Source: Candidatus Saccharimonadota bacterium (GTDB taxonomy: Bacteria; Patescibacteriota; Saccharimonadia; Saccharimonadales; SZUA-47). From it: 64,000 nt of DNA. The stretch is taken from NCBI GenBank assembly GCA_016700315.1, contig CP065013.1, positions 853,298 through 917,297 of the forward strand, read 5' to 3'. Under the pieces are notes generated by a model. The model was not told the origin of the DNA. It was given only the letters and a program-made list of their open reading frames with translations, and ran no database searches. Shown one piece after another: positions 49,361-57,416 of this stretch (position 1 is the stretch's first letter; the number at the start of each line of letters is the position of its first letter). Position numbers and translations under genes: made by a program.

Positions 49361-49380
49361 GGGGGGGAAAAAAAAAAAAA
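49361..49380 (+). repeat. Homopolymer pair G7 A13
   Basis: GGGGGGG at 49361-49367 followed by A13 at 49368-49380, flanked on both sides by TGCC. Confidence 0.98.
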
Positions 49381-49438
49381 TGCCGACAGCAGTCTTACAG
49401 GCCAGCATAGAAGTAACAAATGAGATATAATTAACAAT

Positions 49439-50452
49439 ATGAGTAATAAAGTAATATTAACTGGCATACGCGCCAATAATGATCTGCACATTGGCAACTA
49501 CTTTGGTGCGTTATTGCCAATTGTAGACATGGCAAAGGCAAAATCTGAAAAATATCAGATTAATTTGTTTATGCCTGATCTACATAGTTTTACTACGCCA
49601 ATCGACCATAATAAATTACAGTCGAGCATCATGAACTCGTTGAGAGTTTTTGTGGCTGCAGGTTTACCTTTAGAAAACCCAAATGTACATATTTATCGGC
49701 AAAGTTACGTAGCAGCGCACAGTGAGCTAACCTTGCTACTAAACAACTTTACTGGCGTTGGCGAAATGGAAAGAATGATCCAGTATAAAGAAAAATCGAC
49801 AAAACTGGGTAAGGATAGGGTTAGTCTAGGTCTACTTGATTACCCAGTGCTGCAAGCTGCCGATATATTGTTGTATGGTGCTTCGTATATACCTGTTGGC
49901 GATGACCAGACTCAACACCTAGAATTTACCCGAGATATTGCCGTACGTATGAACGCTAAATTTGGCAACCTGTTTACCGTGCCAGTATCAGTCAAAGAAC
50001 AGCACGAATTTTTTGGCAAAGACCAAGGTTTACGTATCAAAGACCTAGCCGATCCTACCAAAAAGATGAGCAAAAGTGACGAAACAGGCAAGGGTGTAAT
50101 ATTCTTAAATGACAGCCCAGAAGATGCACGTAAAAAGATTATGTCGGCCGAAACTGACAGTTTTGGCAAAATTGCGCATGATAGAGAGCGACAACCCGGT
50201 ATATCCAATCTGCTTGAGCTGCTAGAGCTATTTGGAGGAAACGCCCAAGATTTTATTGGCTCGGCTAGTTATGGGGAGCTCAAGACTGCTGCTGCCGATA
50301 AAGTCGTAGAGTTTTTGATCGATTTTCAAGCAAGGTTGTCACAAGTTAATGAGAACCAACTCCGAGCTAAGTTGGCGTCAAGCGAAGCGGCCATGAACAG
50401 TCAGGCTGGCGAGGTATTGGCAGCAGTCCAGAAAGCTGTCGGACTTAGATGA
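49439..50452 (+). CDS. trpS: Tryptophanyl-tRNA synthetase
   Basis: LHIGNYFG (HIGH), KMSKS, GDDQTQH. Confidence 0.95.
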   Translation: MSNKVILTGIRANNDLHIGNYFGALLPIVDMAKAKSEKYQINLFMPDLHSFTTPIDHNKLQSSIMNSLRVFVAAGLPLENPNVHIYRQSYVAAHSELTLLLNNFTGVGEMERMIQYKEKSTKLGKDRVSLGLLDYPVLQAADILLYGASYIPVGDDQTQHLEFTRDIAVRMNAKFGNLFTVPVSVKEQHEFFGKDQGLRIKDLADPTKKMSKSDETGKGVIFLNDSPEDARKKIMSAETDSFGKIAHDRERQPGISNLLELLELFGGNAQDFIGSASYGELKTAAADKVVEFLIDFQARLSQVNENQLRAKLASSEAAMNSQAGEVLAAVQKAVGLR

Positions 50453-50562
50453 GTGAGCAACTAAAAAGTTCTGGCGAAAGATCAATTTTTTGGCCCTTAG
50501 ACAAAATTGCCGAATTTATTGGCCATATCCTTTTGTCGCCATTTAAATCGTTCAAGAAATGA
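50449..50562 (+). CDS. Candidate 37-aa ORF bridging trpS and the pseudouridine synthase gene
   Basis: MSEQLKSSGERSIFWPLDKIAEFIGHILLSPFKSFKK. ATGA overlaps at both ends (50449-50452 and 50559-50562). Confidence 0.4.
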   Translation: MSEQLKSSGERSIFWPLDKIAEFIGHILLSPFKSFKK

Positions 50563-51422
50563 AAAGTTTTACTGTATCAGAAGAGCAGGGTGTCGTAAGA
50601 GCCGATAAGTTTTTAGCTGGCCTTTATCCTCAGTACTCCAGAGCTGCAATAGCAAAATTGTTTGAATATGACCTCGTAAAAAAAGACAGTAAAAGTATTA
50701 AACCCGGTGAAAAACTAAAGCCAGGCACACTAATCGAGGCCGACATCTCACCCCTAGATCAAGAGCCCGACGTTGTCGAACTACCTATTCTATACGAGGA
50801 TAACGACGTTCTGGTAGTAGATAAACCAGCCGGTATTATTAGCCATAGCCGAGGTCGTTATTGGCAAGAGCCGTCTGTCGCGTCTTTTATTCGGTCTCAT
50901 AGCAAAAGTGCCCTTCCGCAGAACGGCACACCAGAGCGTAGCGGCATAGTCCACCGTCTTGATAGAGCAACTAGCGGCGTCATGATTACAGCCAAGAACG
51001 AGCGCGCCATGAAATTTTTGCAGAATCAATTTCAAAAACGTAATGTAAAAAAAACATACATAGCGCTTATCGAGTCAGCGCCAGAAAAAGCCGAAGCAAT
51101 CATCGATGCAGCGATTTCCAGAAATCCAAATGATCCAAAGCGTTTTATGGTCAGCGCGCAGGGTAAGTCTGCTTTGACGCACTACAAAACTTTGACTCCA
51201 ACACCGAGCGGTGTACTCTTGCAGCTAGAGCCACGGACTGGCCGGACCCACCAACTTAGACTCCATCTAAAATACATAAATCGTCCGATAATTGGGGACG
51301 AATTCTATGACGGTAAACCCGCAGATCGGCTTTTTTTGCATGCAGCCAGTCTAAAGCTTAAGCTACCTAACGGTGAGGACAAAACCTTTACGAGTAAGAT
51401 ACCGAAGGCTTTTTACTTATGA
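50559..51422 (+). CDS. RluA-family 23S rRNA pseudouridine synthase (RluD-like)
   Basis: N-terminal S4-like domain and catalytic HRLDRATSGVM. Confidence 0.9.
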   Translation: MKSFTVSEEQGVVRADKFLAGLYPQYSRAAIAKLFEYDLVKKDSKSIKPGEKLKPGTLIEADISPLDQEPDVVELPILYEDNDVLVVDKPAGIISHSRGRYWQEPSVASFIRSHSKSALPQNGTPERSGIVHRLDRATSGVMITAKNERAMKFLQNQFQKRNVKKTYIALIESAPEKAEAIIDAAISRNPNDPKRFMVSAQGKSALTHYKTLTPTPSGVLLQLEPRTGRTHQLRLHLKYINRPIIGDEFYDGKPADRLFLHAASLKLKLPNGEDKTFTSKIPKAFYL

Positions 51423-52240
51423 CGTTAGGGCCATTAATTAACCCAAAAAACGACAAGACGTTAGATCTTTTTGTTGCAAATCCTCCACACGGACTTATTA
51501 TTTCTGGACCCATGGCAAGCGGCAAAACTGCTATGGCCAATATTTTAGTTCGTCGTATAAATCCACTCTTGAAGCCTGTTTTTGTGAAACCCGAAGAAAA
51601 CAAGATGATCGGTATAGACCAGGTAAGGGAACTAAACTCTCTAATGAGTCGCAAGAGTAGTGGTGATCTTGTTACGAGTGTCGCAATTATCGCACCTGCT
51701 GATCTCATGACCGAAGAAGCCCAAAACGCACTCTTAAAAACACTAGAGGAGCCCGCCGCGGGCAGTATGATTATTTTGCTCGCACGACAAGTCAATACTC
51801 TACTGCCAACCGTTATGTCGCGCTGCAAAATATTAAAAATCCTACCAGTGAGCGAAGTTGCTGCCTCAGCTCACTATGAAGGTTATGATCCGAGCGAGAT
51901 CAAACGCGCATACATCCTAAGCCGTGGCTACCCAGAGGCACTAACTAGCATACTAAAAAATGAGAACGAGAATCTAACGAATGGTTTAAATGAAGCAAAG
52001 AATTTTTTGAGTGCGAGTAAGTTTGACCGCTTATGCTTCGCAGAAGACAACAAAGACCGCGCTGGGGAATTGGTCGCGAATTTGATTATTGTAACGCAAG
52101 CAGCAATCGAACAGTCACCTCCAGCCAACCGCCTACATAAACTGATCGGAATTCACAAACAAGCACGCTTGGCCGAGAGGCAGCTAGCAGCAAAAGTTAA
52201 CAAAAAAACCGTTTTAAGTGCTTTGGCTTTGTCACTCTAG
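51419..52240 (+). CDS. holB: DNA polymerase III delta' subunit-like AAA+ protein
   Basis: GPMASGKT (Walker A), LLKTLEEP, SRC motif. Confidence 0.8.
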   Translation: MTLGPLINPKNDKTLDLFVANPPHGLIISGPMASGKTAMANILVRRINPLLKPVFVKPEENKMIGIDQVRELNSLMSRKSSGDLVTSVAIIAPADLMTEEAQNALLKTLEEPAAGSMIILLARQVNTLLPTVMSRCKILKILPVSEVAASAHYEGYDPSEIKRAYILSRGYPEALTSILKNENENLTNGLNEAKNFLSASKFDRLCFAEDNKDRAGELVANLIIVTQAAIEQSPPANRLHKLIGIHKQARLAERQLAAKVNKKTVLSALALSL

Positions 52241-52264
52241 CTAATTCCAAGTTATAATAAATAT

Positions 52265-52921
52265 ATGTCTGCAATTTTAATCGTTTTTGGTTTGGCCGTT
52301 TTTGCTCTACTAAGTGGAAAGCTAAAAGACGAGGAAGCTTCACCCGTACCCCTCAAATTAAGCGATCGGCTAGGCGGTTTATGGGATATTGCCCATAACG
52401 GTATGCGTGAAAACCGTTTTTTAAGAGCTGAAAAAGCACTGCTAACAATACTGAAAATTGATCAAAAAAATGCAGCTGCCTACAACCGTCTCGGTATCCT
52501 TTATGCCAAACAGAAAGAGTTCAAAGATGCTATTGATTGTTTCGAAATTGCCAGTAGCATCGAGCCATCAGCGTCTTCACTACATAATCTCGGTCTAATA
52601 TATTACGAAACGGAGCATTACGAAAAAGCAGCACTGGCATTCGAACAAGCCCTTAAGCTAGAGGGCGACCTAGCTGCAAGACATATTGCCTACGCAAAAG
52701 TTCAAGAAAAGTTAGGTAACGGCAGGGTGGTGCTAAGCGAACTAGAGAAAGCAGCTGAACTAGAACCAAACCAAGAATCTTTTAAACTTCTGCACAAAGC
52801 CTATTTGGACCGCGATATGCACGAGCAGGCAAGCGTAATTGAGCGTAGGCTGCAAAAGATGATTACAACCACCACAGGCAAACGCCGTCGCATACTTCGC
52901 CCCAAGCGCGTCGTTGTCTAA
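52265..52921 (+). CDS. Membrane-anchored TPR-repeat protein
   Basis: N-terminal TM helix followed by TPR-like repeats (AAAYNRLGILYAKQKEFKDAIDCFE...). Confidence 0.75.
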   Translation: MSAILIVFGLAVFALLSGKLKDEEASPVPLKLSDRLGGLWDIAHNGMRENRFLRAEKALLTILKIDQKNAAAYNRLGILYAKQKEFKDAIDCFEIASSIEPSASSLHNLGLIYYETEHYEKAALAFEQALKLEGDLAARHIAYAKVQEKLGNGRVVLSELEKAAELEPNQESFKLLHKAYLDRDMHEQASVIERRLQKMITTTTGKRRRILRPKRVVV

Positions 52922-52946
52922 AGTACTTTAAAAATATTTACCTCTC

Positions 52947-52955
52947 TGTTAAAAT
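52947..52955 (+). promoter_or_regulatory. Extended -10 TGTTAAAAT upstream of the tRNA cluster
   Basis: The same 11-mer TCTGTTAAAAT occurs upstream of tig and rpmG. It lies 22 nt before tRNA-Tyr. Confidence 0.5.
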
Positions 52956-52976
52956 GCTTTAGTGTCTTAAAGAAAT

Positions 52977-53062
52977 GCAGAGGTAGTGAAGCGGTCAAAC
53001 ACGGCAGACTGTAAATCTGTTGGCTTTCGCCTTCGGGGGTTCGAATCCCTCCCTCTGCACCA
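52977..53062 (+). tRNA. tRNA-Tyr (anticodon GUA), CCA encoded
   Basis: Acceptor GCAGAGG/CCTCTGC, anticodon loop CTGTAAA, long variable arm, T-loop TTCGAAT. Confidence 0.9.
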
Positions 53063-53065
53063 CAT

Positions 53066-53142
53066 GCCACCTTAGCTCAGTTGGTTAGAGCGTCAGTTTT
53101 GTAAACTGAATGTCGTCGGTTCGAATCCGACAGGTGGCTCCA
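53066..53142 (+). tRNA. tRNA-Thr (anticodon UGU), CCA encoded
   Basis: Acceptor GCCACCT/AGGTGGC, D arm GCTCAGTTGGTTAGAGC, anticodon loop TTTGTAA, T arm GTCGGTTCGAATCCGAC. Confidence 0.92.
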
Positions 53143-53625
53143 GACACATGGAGGATGAGAAACGAAGGTTCGATATTCCCCCGTCCGCTGCAAAGCGGAC
53201 AAAACGGGCGGAATATATGCTAAAGTGCACCGCACTGAAGCTATAATCCGACAGGTGGCTCCAGACACATGGAGGATAAGAACCGAAGGTTCGATATTCC
53301 CCCGTCCGCTGCAAAGCGGACAAAACGGGCGGAATATATGCTAAAGTGCACCGCACTGAAGCTATAATCCGACAGGTGGCTCCAGACACATGGAGGATGA
53401 GAACCGAAGGTTCGATATTCCCCCGTCCGCTGCAAAGCGGACAAAACGGGCGGAATATATGCTAAAGTGCACCACACTGAAGCTATAATCCGACAGGTGG
53501 CTCCAGACACATGGCGGATGAGAATTGAAGGTTCGATATTCAGTAGTAATCCCCAGCGTAGCGGGCTGTTCGATTGAATATATGCTGAAGCTAAAAGCGA
53601 AGCAATAATCCGACAGGTGGCTCCA
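53143..53625 (+). repeat. Four tandem units (121, 121, 121, 120 bp), each ending in the 19-nt 3' end of tRNA-Thr(UGU)
   Basis: Units start at 53143, 53264, 53385 and 53506. AATCCGACAGGTGGCTCCA occurs at 53245-63, 53366-84, 53487-505 and 53607-25, plus the original at 53124-42. Units 1-3 are near-identical and unit 4 is diverged internally. Confidence 0.97.
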
Positions 53626-53635
53626 TTATTTTAGT

Positions 53636-53710
<75 letters not shown>

Positions 53711-53740
53711 TGCCGTACAACTAATCAAACAAACATGCAA

Positions 53741-53767
53741 AGTCGGCAATCAAATGGCCGACTTTTA
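53741..53767 (+). terminator. Rho-independent terminator after the tRNA cluster
   Basis: AGTCGGC-AATCAAATG-GCCGACT followed by TTTTAGTTT. Confidence 0.75.
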
Positions 53768-53930
53768 GTTTGGTCTAGTTGAAGTACTCCTTTCAAAATT
53801 AAATATGAATTTATTTCTTATTTCTAGCAGAAAATTGGCTAGGTCTTGCATTGTTACACTTTTACGCCAAATAAACGAGATTGATTACGGACTAGGTCTA
53901 ATTGAATATCCACCAAATTTGGTTAACATG

Positions 53931-53959
53931 TTGTAATGATAATCTATATCTGTTAAAAT
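53931..53959 (+). promoter_or_regulatory. Putative rpmG promoter TTGTAA-N17-TAAAAT (extended TG), 7 nt before the ATG
   Basis: -35 at 53931-36, TGTTAAAAT at 53951-59, ATG at 53967. Confidence 0.55.
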
Positions 53960-53966
53960 AAGATCT

Positions 53967-54173
53967 ATGGCGAAAAAAGGCGATAAAAGAAAACTAGTTG
54001 GCCTGGTTAGCAGTGAGACAAACCATCGTACTTACTATACTGTTAAAAATACGATGAATACTCCAGACAAACTTAAGCTCAAAAAATACGACCCGATTGC
54101 AAGAAAACACGTGGTCTATGAAGAGACTAAGAAAAACCTAGGCCGCAACGAAGTCAAACCTCGTAAAGGCTAA
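53967..54173 (+). CDS. rpmG: 50S ribosomal protein L33 (Cys-less form, C-terminal extension)
   Basis: MAKKGDKRKLVGLVSSETNHRTYYTVKNTMNTPDKLKLKKYDPIARKHVVYEETK. Confidence 0.88.
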   Translation: MAKKGDKRKLVGLVSSETNHRTYYTVKNTMNTPDKLKLKKYDPIARKHVVYEETKKNLGRNEVKPRKG

Positions 54174-54206
54174 ACTATAAGTTAATAGTTTATGGTTAAT
54201 AGTTGA

Positions 54207-54232
54207 TAGCAGTTAGTAGCTGCTGCTTTTTT
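54207..54232 (+). terminator. Terminator hairpin between convergent rpmG and the GH15 gene
   Basis: (T)AGCAG-TTAGTAG-CTGCT(G) followed by C and TTTTTT, embedded in a short-word spacer (54174-54269). Confidence 0.65.
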
Positions 54233-54269
54233 GTTCTTTAAACTATGAACGATCAACTTTAAACTCTCA

Positions 54270-56204
54270 TTAGCCATAGTAGTCTAGGAGGGTATTTACG
54301 AGTTCGGCGTGGCTCCAAACTAATGGCTCGACACCGACTCTTGCTCCGCCACTTGCACCTATCTGCTCTGGTAGCGTTTCGGTGCTGCTTCGATGCTCTA
54401 GTGCCCAATCAATTAGTTGTCGAGCATCTTCTAATCTACCTGTTCTTATATAGTACTGAGCTAGCCATAAAGATGTCACAAACCATGGGTTACCCTCATA
54501 TTGCGGTTGTGTAGCAAAGTAGTTGTCATGTTCATAACGTGGTACGCCGCCTTCTGGGCATGAATCTTTTAATTTCGACTCGACAGCGTGAGCAGTCTGA
54601 GCAGTTAAAGCTTTATCGAGACCAAATTCAAACATCATTGGACCGTACATACTGGAAACGTCGATCGTATTATCGAAGGTTATGTCTCCACTAGCATCGA
54701 GCAAGATTCCTTTTCGATAAGACTTAGAATCCTCATTGAATAGTATCTTAGAATTTTGCTGCATCTTACGTGCTGCGTTTTCCCATTCATCACTATTTTG
54801 ATCTTCTCCGAATCTTTTGGCTAAACTTACTGCAACCAGTAGTGCCCTATAGGTTAACGCAACTGTGTAAGTGTGAGTCAAAAACTTTTCTTCCCACAAA
54901 TCGTAACTGGCGTGCGGCAATCCAGTGTCTAGGTCAATAAATCGAGCCATAAAGTTCGCCGCCGGCACCACAAACTTTTGAAACATTTCATTAGTAAACT
55001 CTTCGTCTTTGGAATAGTCTAAATACTCCCCGAGCATAAATACGACAATAGCAGTTTCATCTTCCTGTATTGCCAGCTCGTGTCTTTGACCGCGCATAAG
55101 CGGATGCCACGTACTTCCTATAGAGCGATCGCTAAGGTACTTGTGCATCAGATAACCGTCTTCGGTTTGTATATCAGAGCAGAAATTGAAAAACTTTCTA
55201 GCCTCTTTGTATAATCCAAGTCTAATCAGTGGCCAAATTACAAAGCAGCCATCACGTGGCCATACGTAACTGTAGTAATCTCGGTTATAGTTGTAGATTG
55301 AGGAGTCACACGAAGCGACAATACCGCCTCGTTGATCACAGTGAGCTTTAATAATCATGAGGGAGCGCACGACTGCAGACCTCTCATCGTCACTAAGAGG
55401 CAGCTTATCAATACGAAGCATGGCAGGAGCCAACCAATTCTTCCACCAATCCTTTGTATGTTCAAGCCTTGCTTGAGCGCCTTCGCGCTTCATAAATTCA
55501 TGTTCGCGCTCTAAATGGAACTGAGAACTGTGCGCTAAAACCCAGTACTCGATCTCAGCCTCTGCGGCAGCTTCTAGCTGTTGTGACACTCTTAAAACTG
55601 AATCGACTCCGCCATGTTCAACGGCATTATTTGTTAATTCGCCGTCCTCGGCATCTTTGAAAGAACCTTCTTTACCTTCAATGCCGTATGAGCCACAGGT
55701 ATATTGATCAAAATCTTTACCTTCATTATTCCGCGCATAGGCTAACAGGCAAAGTCGACCCTTGTAATCAAGTAGGTATGGGCCGTCCGGGACAAACATT
55801 GCCGTATCGCTACGACCATGATTGCTAATTTCAAAAACCTGATGGAAAAATACCTTTACATCGCGCTTTTCGTTTCTAAGATTCTGGATATTCAAAAGGC
55901 GACAAAACACGTTTTTTTCAGTGTCTACGAAATCTGAAAAATGCAGTCTTAACCCAAATTTGTCGCTTCTCATAACTATCGATGTGGTCAGACTTGTTGA
56001 ATCAATACCGAGCTCGGTATGCCAATTCTCGTCATCTAGCCAACTGAACTGATTATCCACATGAACGCCTATGCGGTGGTGGATCTTGCGTGAAGTAGTC
56101 AGATTTTCTTGCCCGACATACGGAAAATAAAAATCGTGAACAAAACCTTTTTCATTCAAACCAACAACTAACTGACCGTTACTTAAAACTACAGGCCGAC
56201 CCAT
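54270..56204 (-). CDS. Glycoside hydrolase family 15 (glucoamylase/glucodextranase-like)
   Basis: About 640 aa with an N-terminal beta-sandwich followed by an (alpha/alpha)6 region. YVWPRDG motif. Confidence 0.8.
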   Translation of the reverse strand: MGRPVVLSNGQLVVGLNEKGFVHDFYFPYVGQENLTTSRKIHHRIGVHVDNQFSWLDDENWHTELGIDSTSLTTSIVMRSDKFGLRLHFSDFVDTEKNVFCRLLNIQNLRNEKRDVKVFFHQVFEISNHGRSDTAMFVPDGPYLLDYKGRLCLLAYARNNEGKDFDQYTCGSYGIEGKEGSFKDAEDGELTNNAVEHGGVDSVLRVSQQLEAAAEAEIEYWVLAHSSQFHLEREHEFMKREGAQARLEHTKDWWKNWLAPAMLRIDKLPLSDDERSAVVRSLMIIKAHCDQRGGIVASCDSSIYNYNRDYYSYVWPRDGCFVIWPLIRLGLYKEARKFFNFCSDIQTEDGYLMHKYLSDRSIGSTWHPLMRGQRHELAIQEDETAIVVFMLGEYLDYSKDEEFTNEMFQKFVVPAANFMARFIDLDTGLPHASYDLWEEKFLTHTYTVALTYRALLVAVSLAKRFGEDQNSDEWENAARKMQQNSKILFNEDSKSYRKGILLDASGDITFDNTIDVSSMYGPMMFEFGLDKALTAQTAHAVESKLKDSCPEGGVPRYEHDNYFATQPQYEGNPWFVTSLWLAQYYIRTGRLEDARQLIDWALEHRSSTETLPEQIGASGGARVGVEPLVWSHAELVNTLLDYYG

Positions 56205-57416
56205 TTAGTACAGTCCTTTTTCGGCAAGCCGGAACTTGATGTCATGGTAAGCATTCATAAAGTTCATATAGGCTTCATACGGCGTGTCATAAGGGCTAAA
56301 ATATGCGTGGACATCGCCGTCACTCCACCATTTGGTACACATATAATAAAAATGATCACTGGTCTGAAGCTTACGCCAATCTTCGATCAGCCCAAGATCG
56401 CTAGTAGATATAACCTGTTTTTCCAGATTATACAGCGACAAAATTGCGCCTTGCTGCATAGAATTACCTAGCCAGGCTGTTAGGTCTCGCTCGGTATCTG
56501 CCCAAGTAACAGTTTGCGGCACATCTACATAGTCGCTCGATTGATATGCTTCCGCCGCTTCAGATACAGTCATGAATGTATGGCTTTTGTTGGATAGCCA
56601 TGCAGTAGGCAAGTGGCTTAAGAAGTCAAAAATACCACTATCCGACCACTGATGCTCGCCGAAGGTTTCGTAATCCATAAATAAGTTCAAAAGTGGCTGA
56701 TCCCAGAATTTTGAAGTCCAATCCATGAACTTATCAGTATTGAATGGATGTTCAGCCCAGTTTTTATCGCTAAAACGAAAAGCAATATCGTCGCTTAAAC
56801 GGTAATTTTTCATCAGAAGTCTGATGTTTTTTGTATAAGCAGGTCTGTACATAAAATTAGGGCTACGATGTCCAAGTACCGGATCCCAACCTTCAGCGAC
56901 AATAGCTTTGTAGCCTTTTTGATCTGCCCAGTGAGCCAGATCGTTGTTATAAGCAAGCTCCGTGTTTCTAAAAGCAGTCGGAGTAATGCCAAAATGCTGT
57001 TGAATCTTTTCCTTGTGCATCTGTACTTGAGCTTCGAACTCACCTCTTGAGTAGAAAAACGCCAGCGAGTGGTGGTATGTCTCGGCTAGTATTTCAGCTC
57101 TGCCTGTTGCAACTAGTCTTTTAAAGCTCTCAAGCACATCTGGCGCATAAACTTCAAACTGTTCCAAAGCAGTGCCGCTAATAGAGAGGGAAAGACGAAA
57201 TTCAGGGTGCTTGTCAATTAACTGCATTAGCGTTTGATTTGTTGGCAAATACGACTTTTCTGCGACCTTACGAACGATGTCGTAATTGTTTTGTCTTGAA
57301 CCACCCGGCGAATCAAAATAGTCATGCTTAATGCCTGCGTCAAATATAGTGTAATGGCGCAGTCTAAATGGCTGATGGACATGGAGATATAGCACCAAAG
57401 CTCGCTTATCAGACAT
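56205..57416 (-). CDS. Glycoside hydrolase family 57 (alpha-amylase / alpha-glucanotransferase-like)
   Basis: LYLHVHQPFRL and MDYETFGEHQW motifs. The ATG at 57416 overlaps the upstream GT4 gene end by 8 nt. The ORF-track start at 57515 is discounted. Confidence 0.82.
   Translation of the reverse strand: MSDKRALVLYLHVHQPFRLRHYTIFDAGIKHDYFDSPGGSRQNNYDIVRKVAEKSYLPTNQTLMQLIDKHPEFRLSLSISGTALEQFEVYAPDVLESFKRLVATGRAEILAETYHHSLAFFYSRGEFEAQVQMHKEKIQQHFGITPTAFRNTELAYNNDLAHWADQKGYKAIVAEGWDPVLGHRSPNFMYRPAYTKNIRLLMKNYRLSDDIAFRFSDKNWAEHPFNTDKFMDWTSKFWDQPLLNLFMDYETFGEHQWSDSGIFDFLSHLPTAWLSNKSHTFMTVSEAAEAYQSSDYVDVPQTVTWADTERDLTAWLGNSMQQGAILSLYNLEKQVISTSDLGLIEDWRKLQTSDHFYYMCTKWWSDGDVHAYFSPYDTPYEAYMNFMNAYHDIKFRLAEKGLY

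Noticed and set aside
49270-49438. T-box leader upstream of trpS.
   Set aside because: There is no convincing T-box sequence: GGGGTGTCGGTAGAACC is a poor match to GGGTGGTACCGCG. I could identify no specifier-loop context for UGG, and no terminator T-run occurs on the plus strand.
53077-53510. Three overlapping minus-strand ORFs (63, 98 and 89 aa), all starting MSGATCRIIASV..., running through the tRNA-linked repeats.
   Set aside because: They start antisense to the tRNA-Thr 3'-end 19-mer. They exist only because the 121-nt unit (not a multiple of 3) happens to lack stops, so successive units are read in different frames. There is no SD and no family resemblance. The compensatory changes support plus-strand RNA structure rather than coding.
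53143-53625. Possible CRISPR array (regularly spaced identical 19-mers).
   Set aside because: The sequences between the 19-mers are themselves near-identical rather than unique spacers. The repeat is a tRNA fragment, the period is 121 bp, and no cas genes or leader are present in the window.
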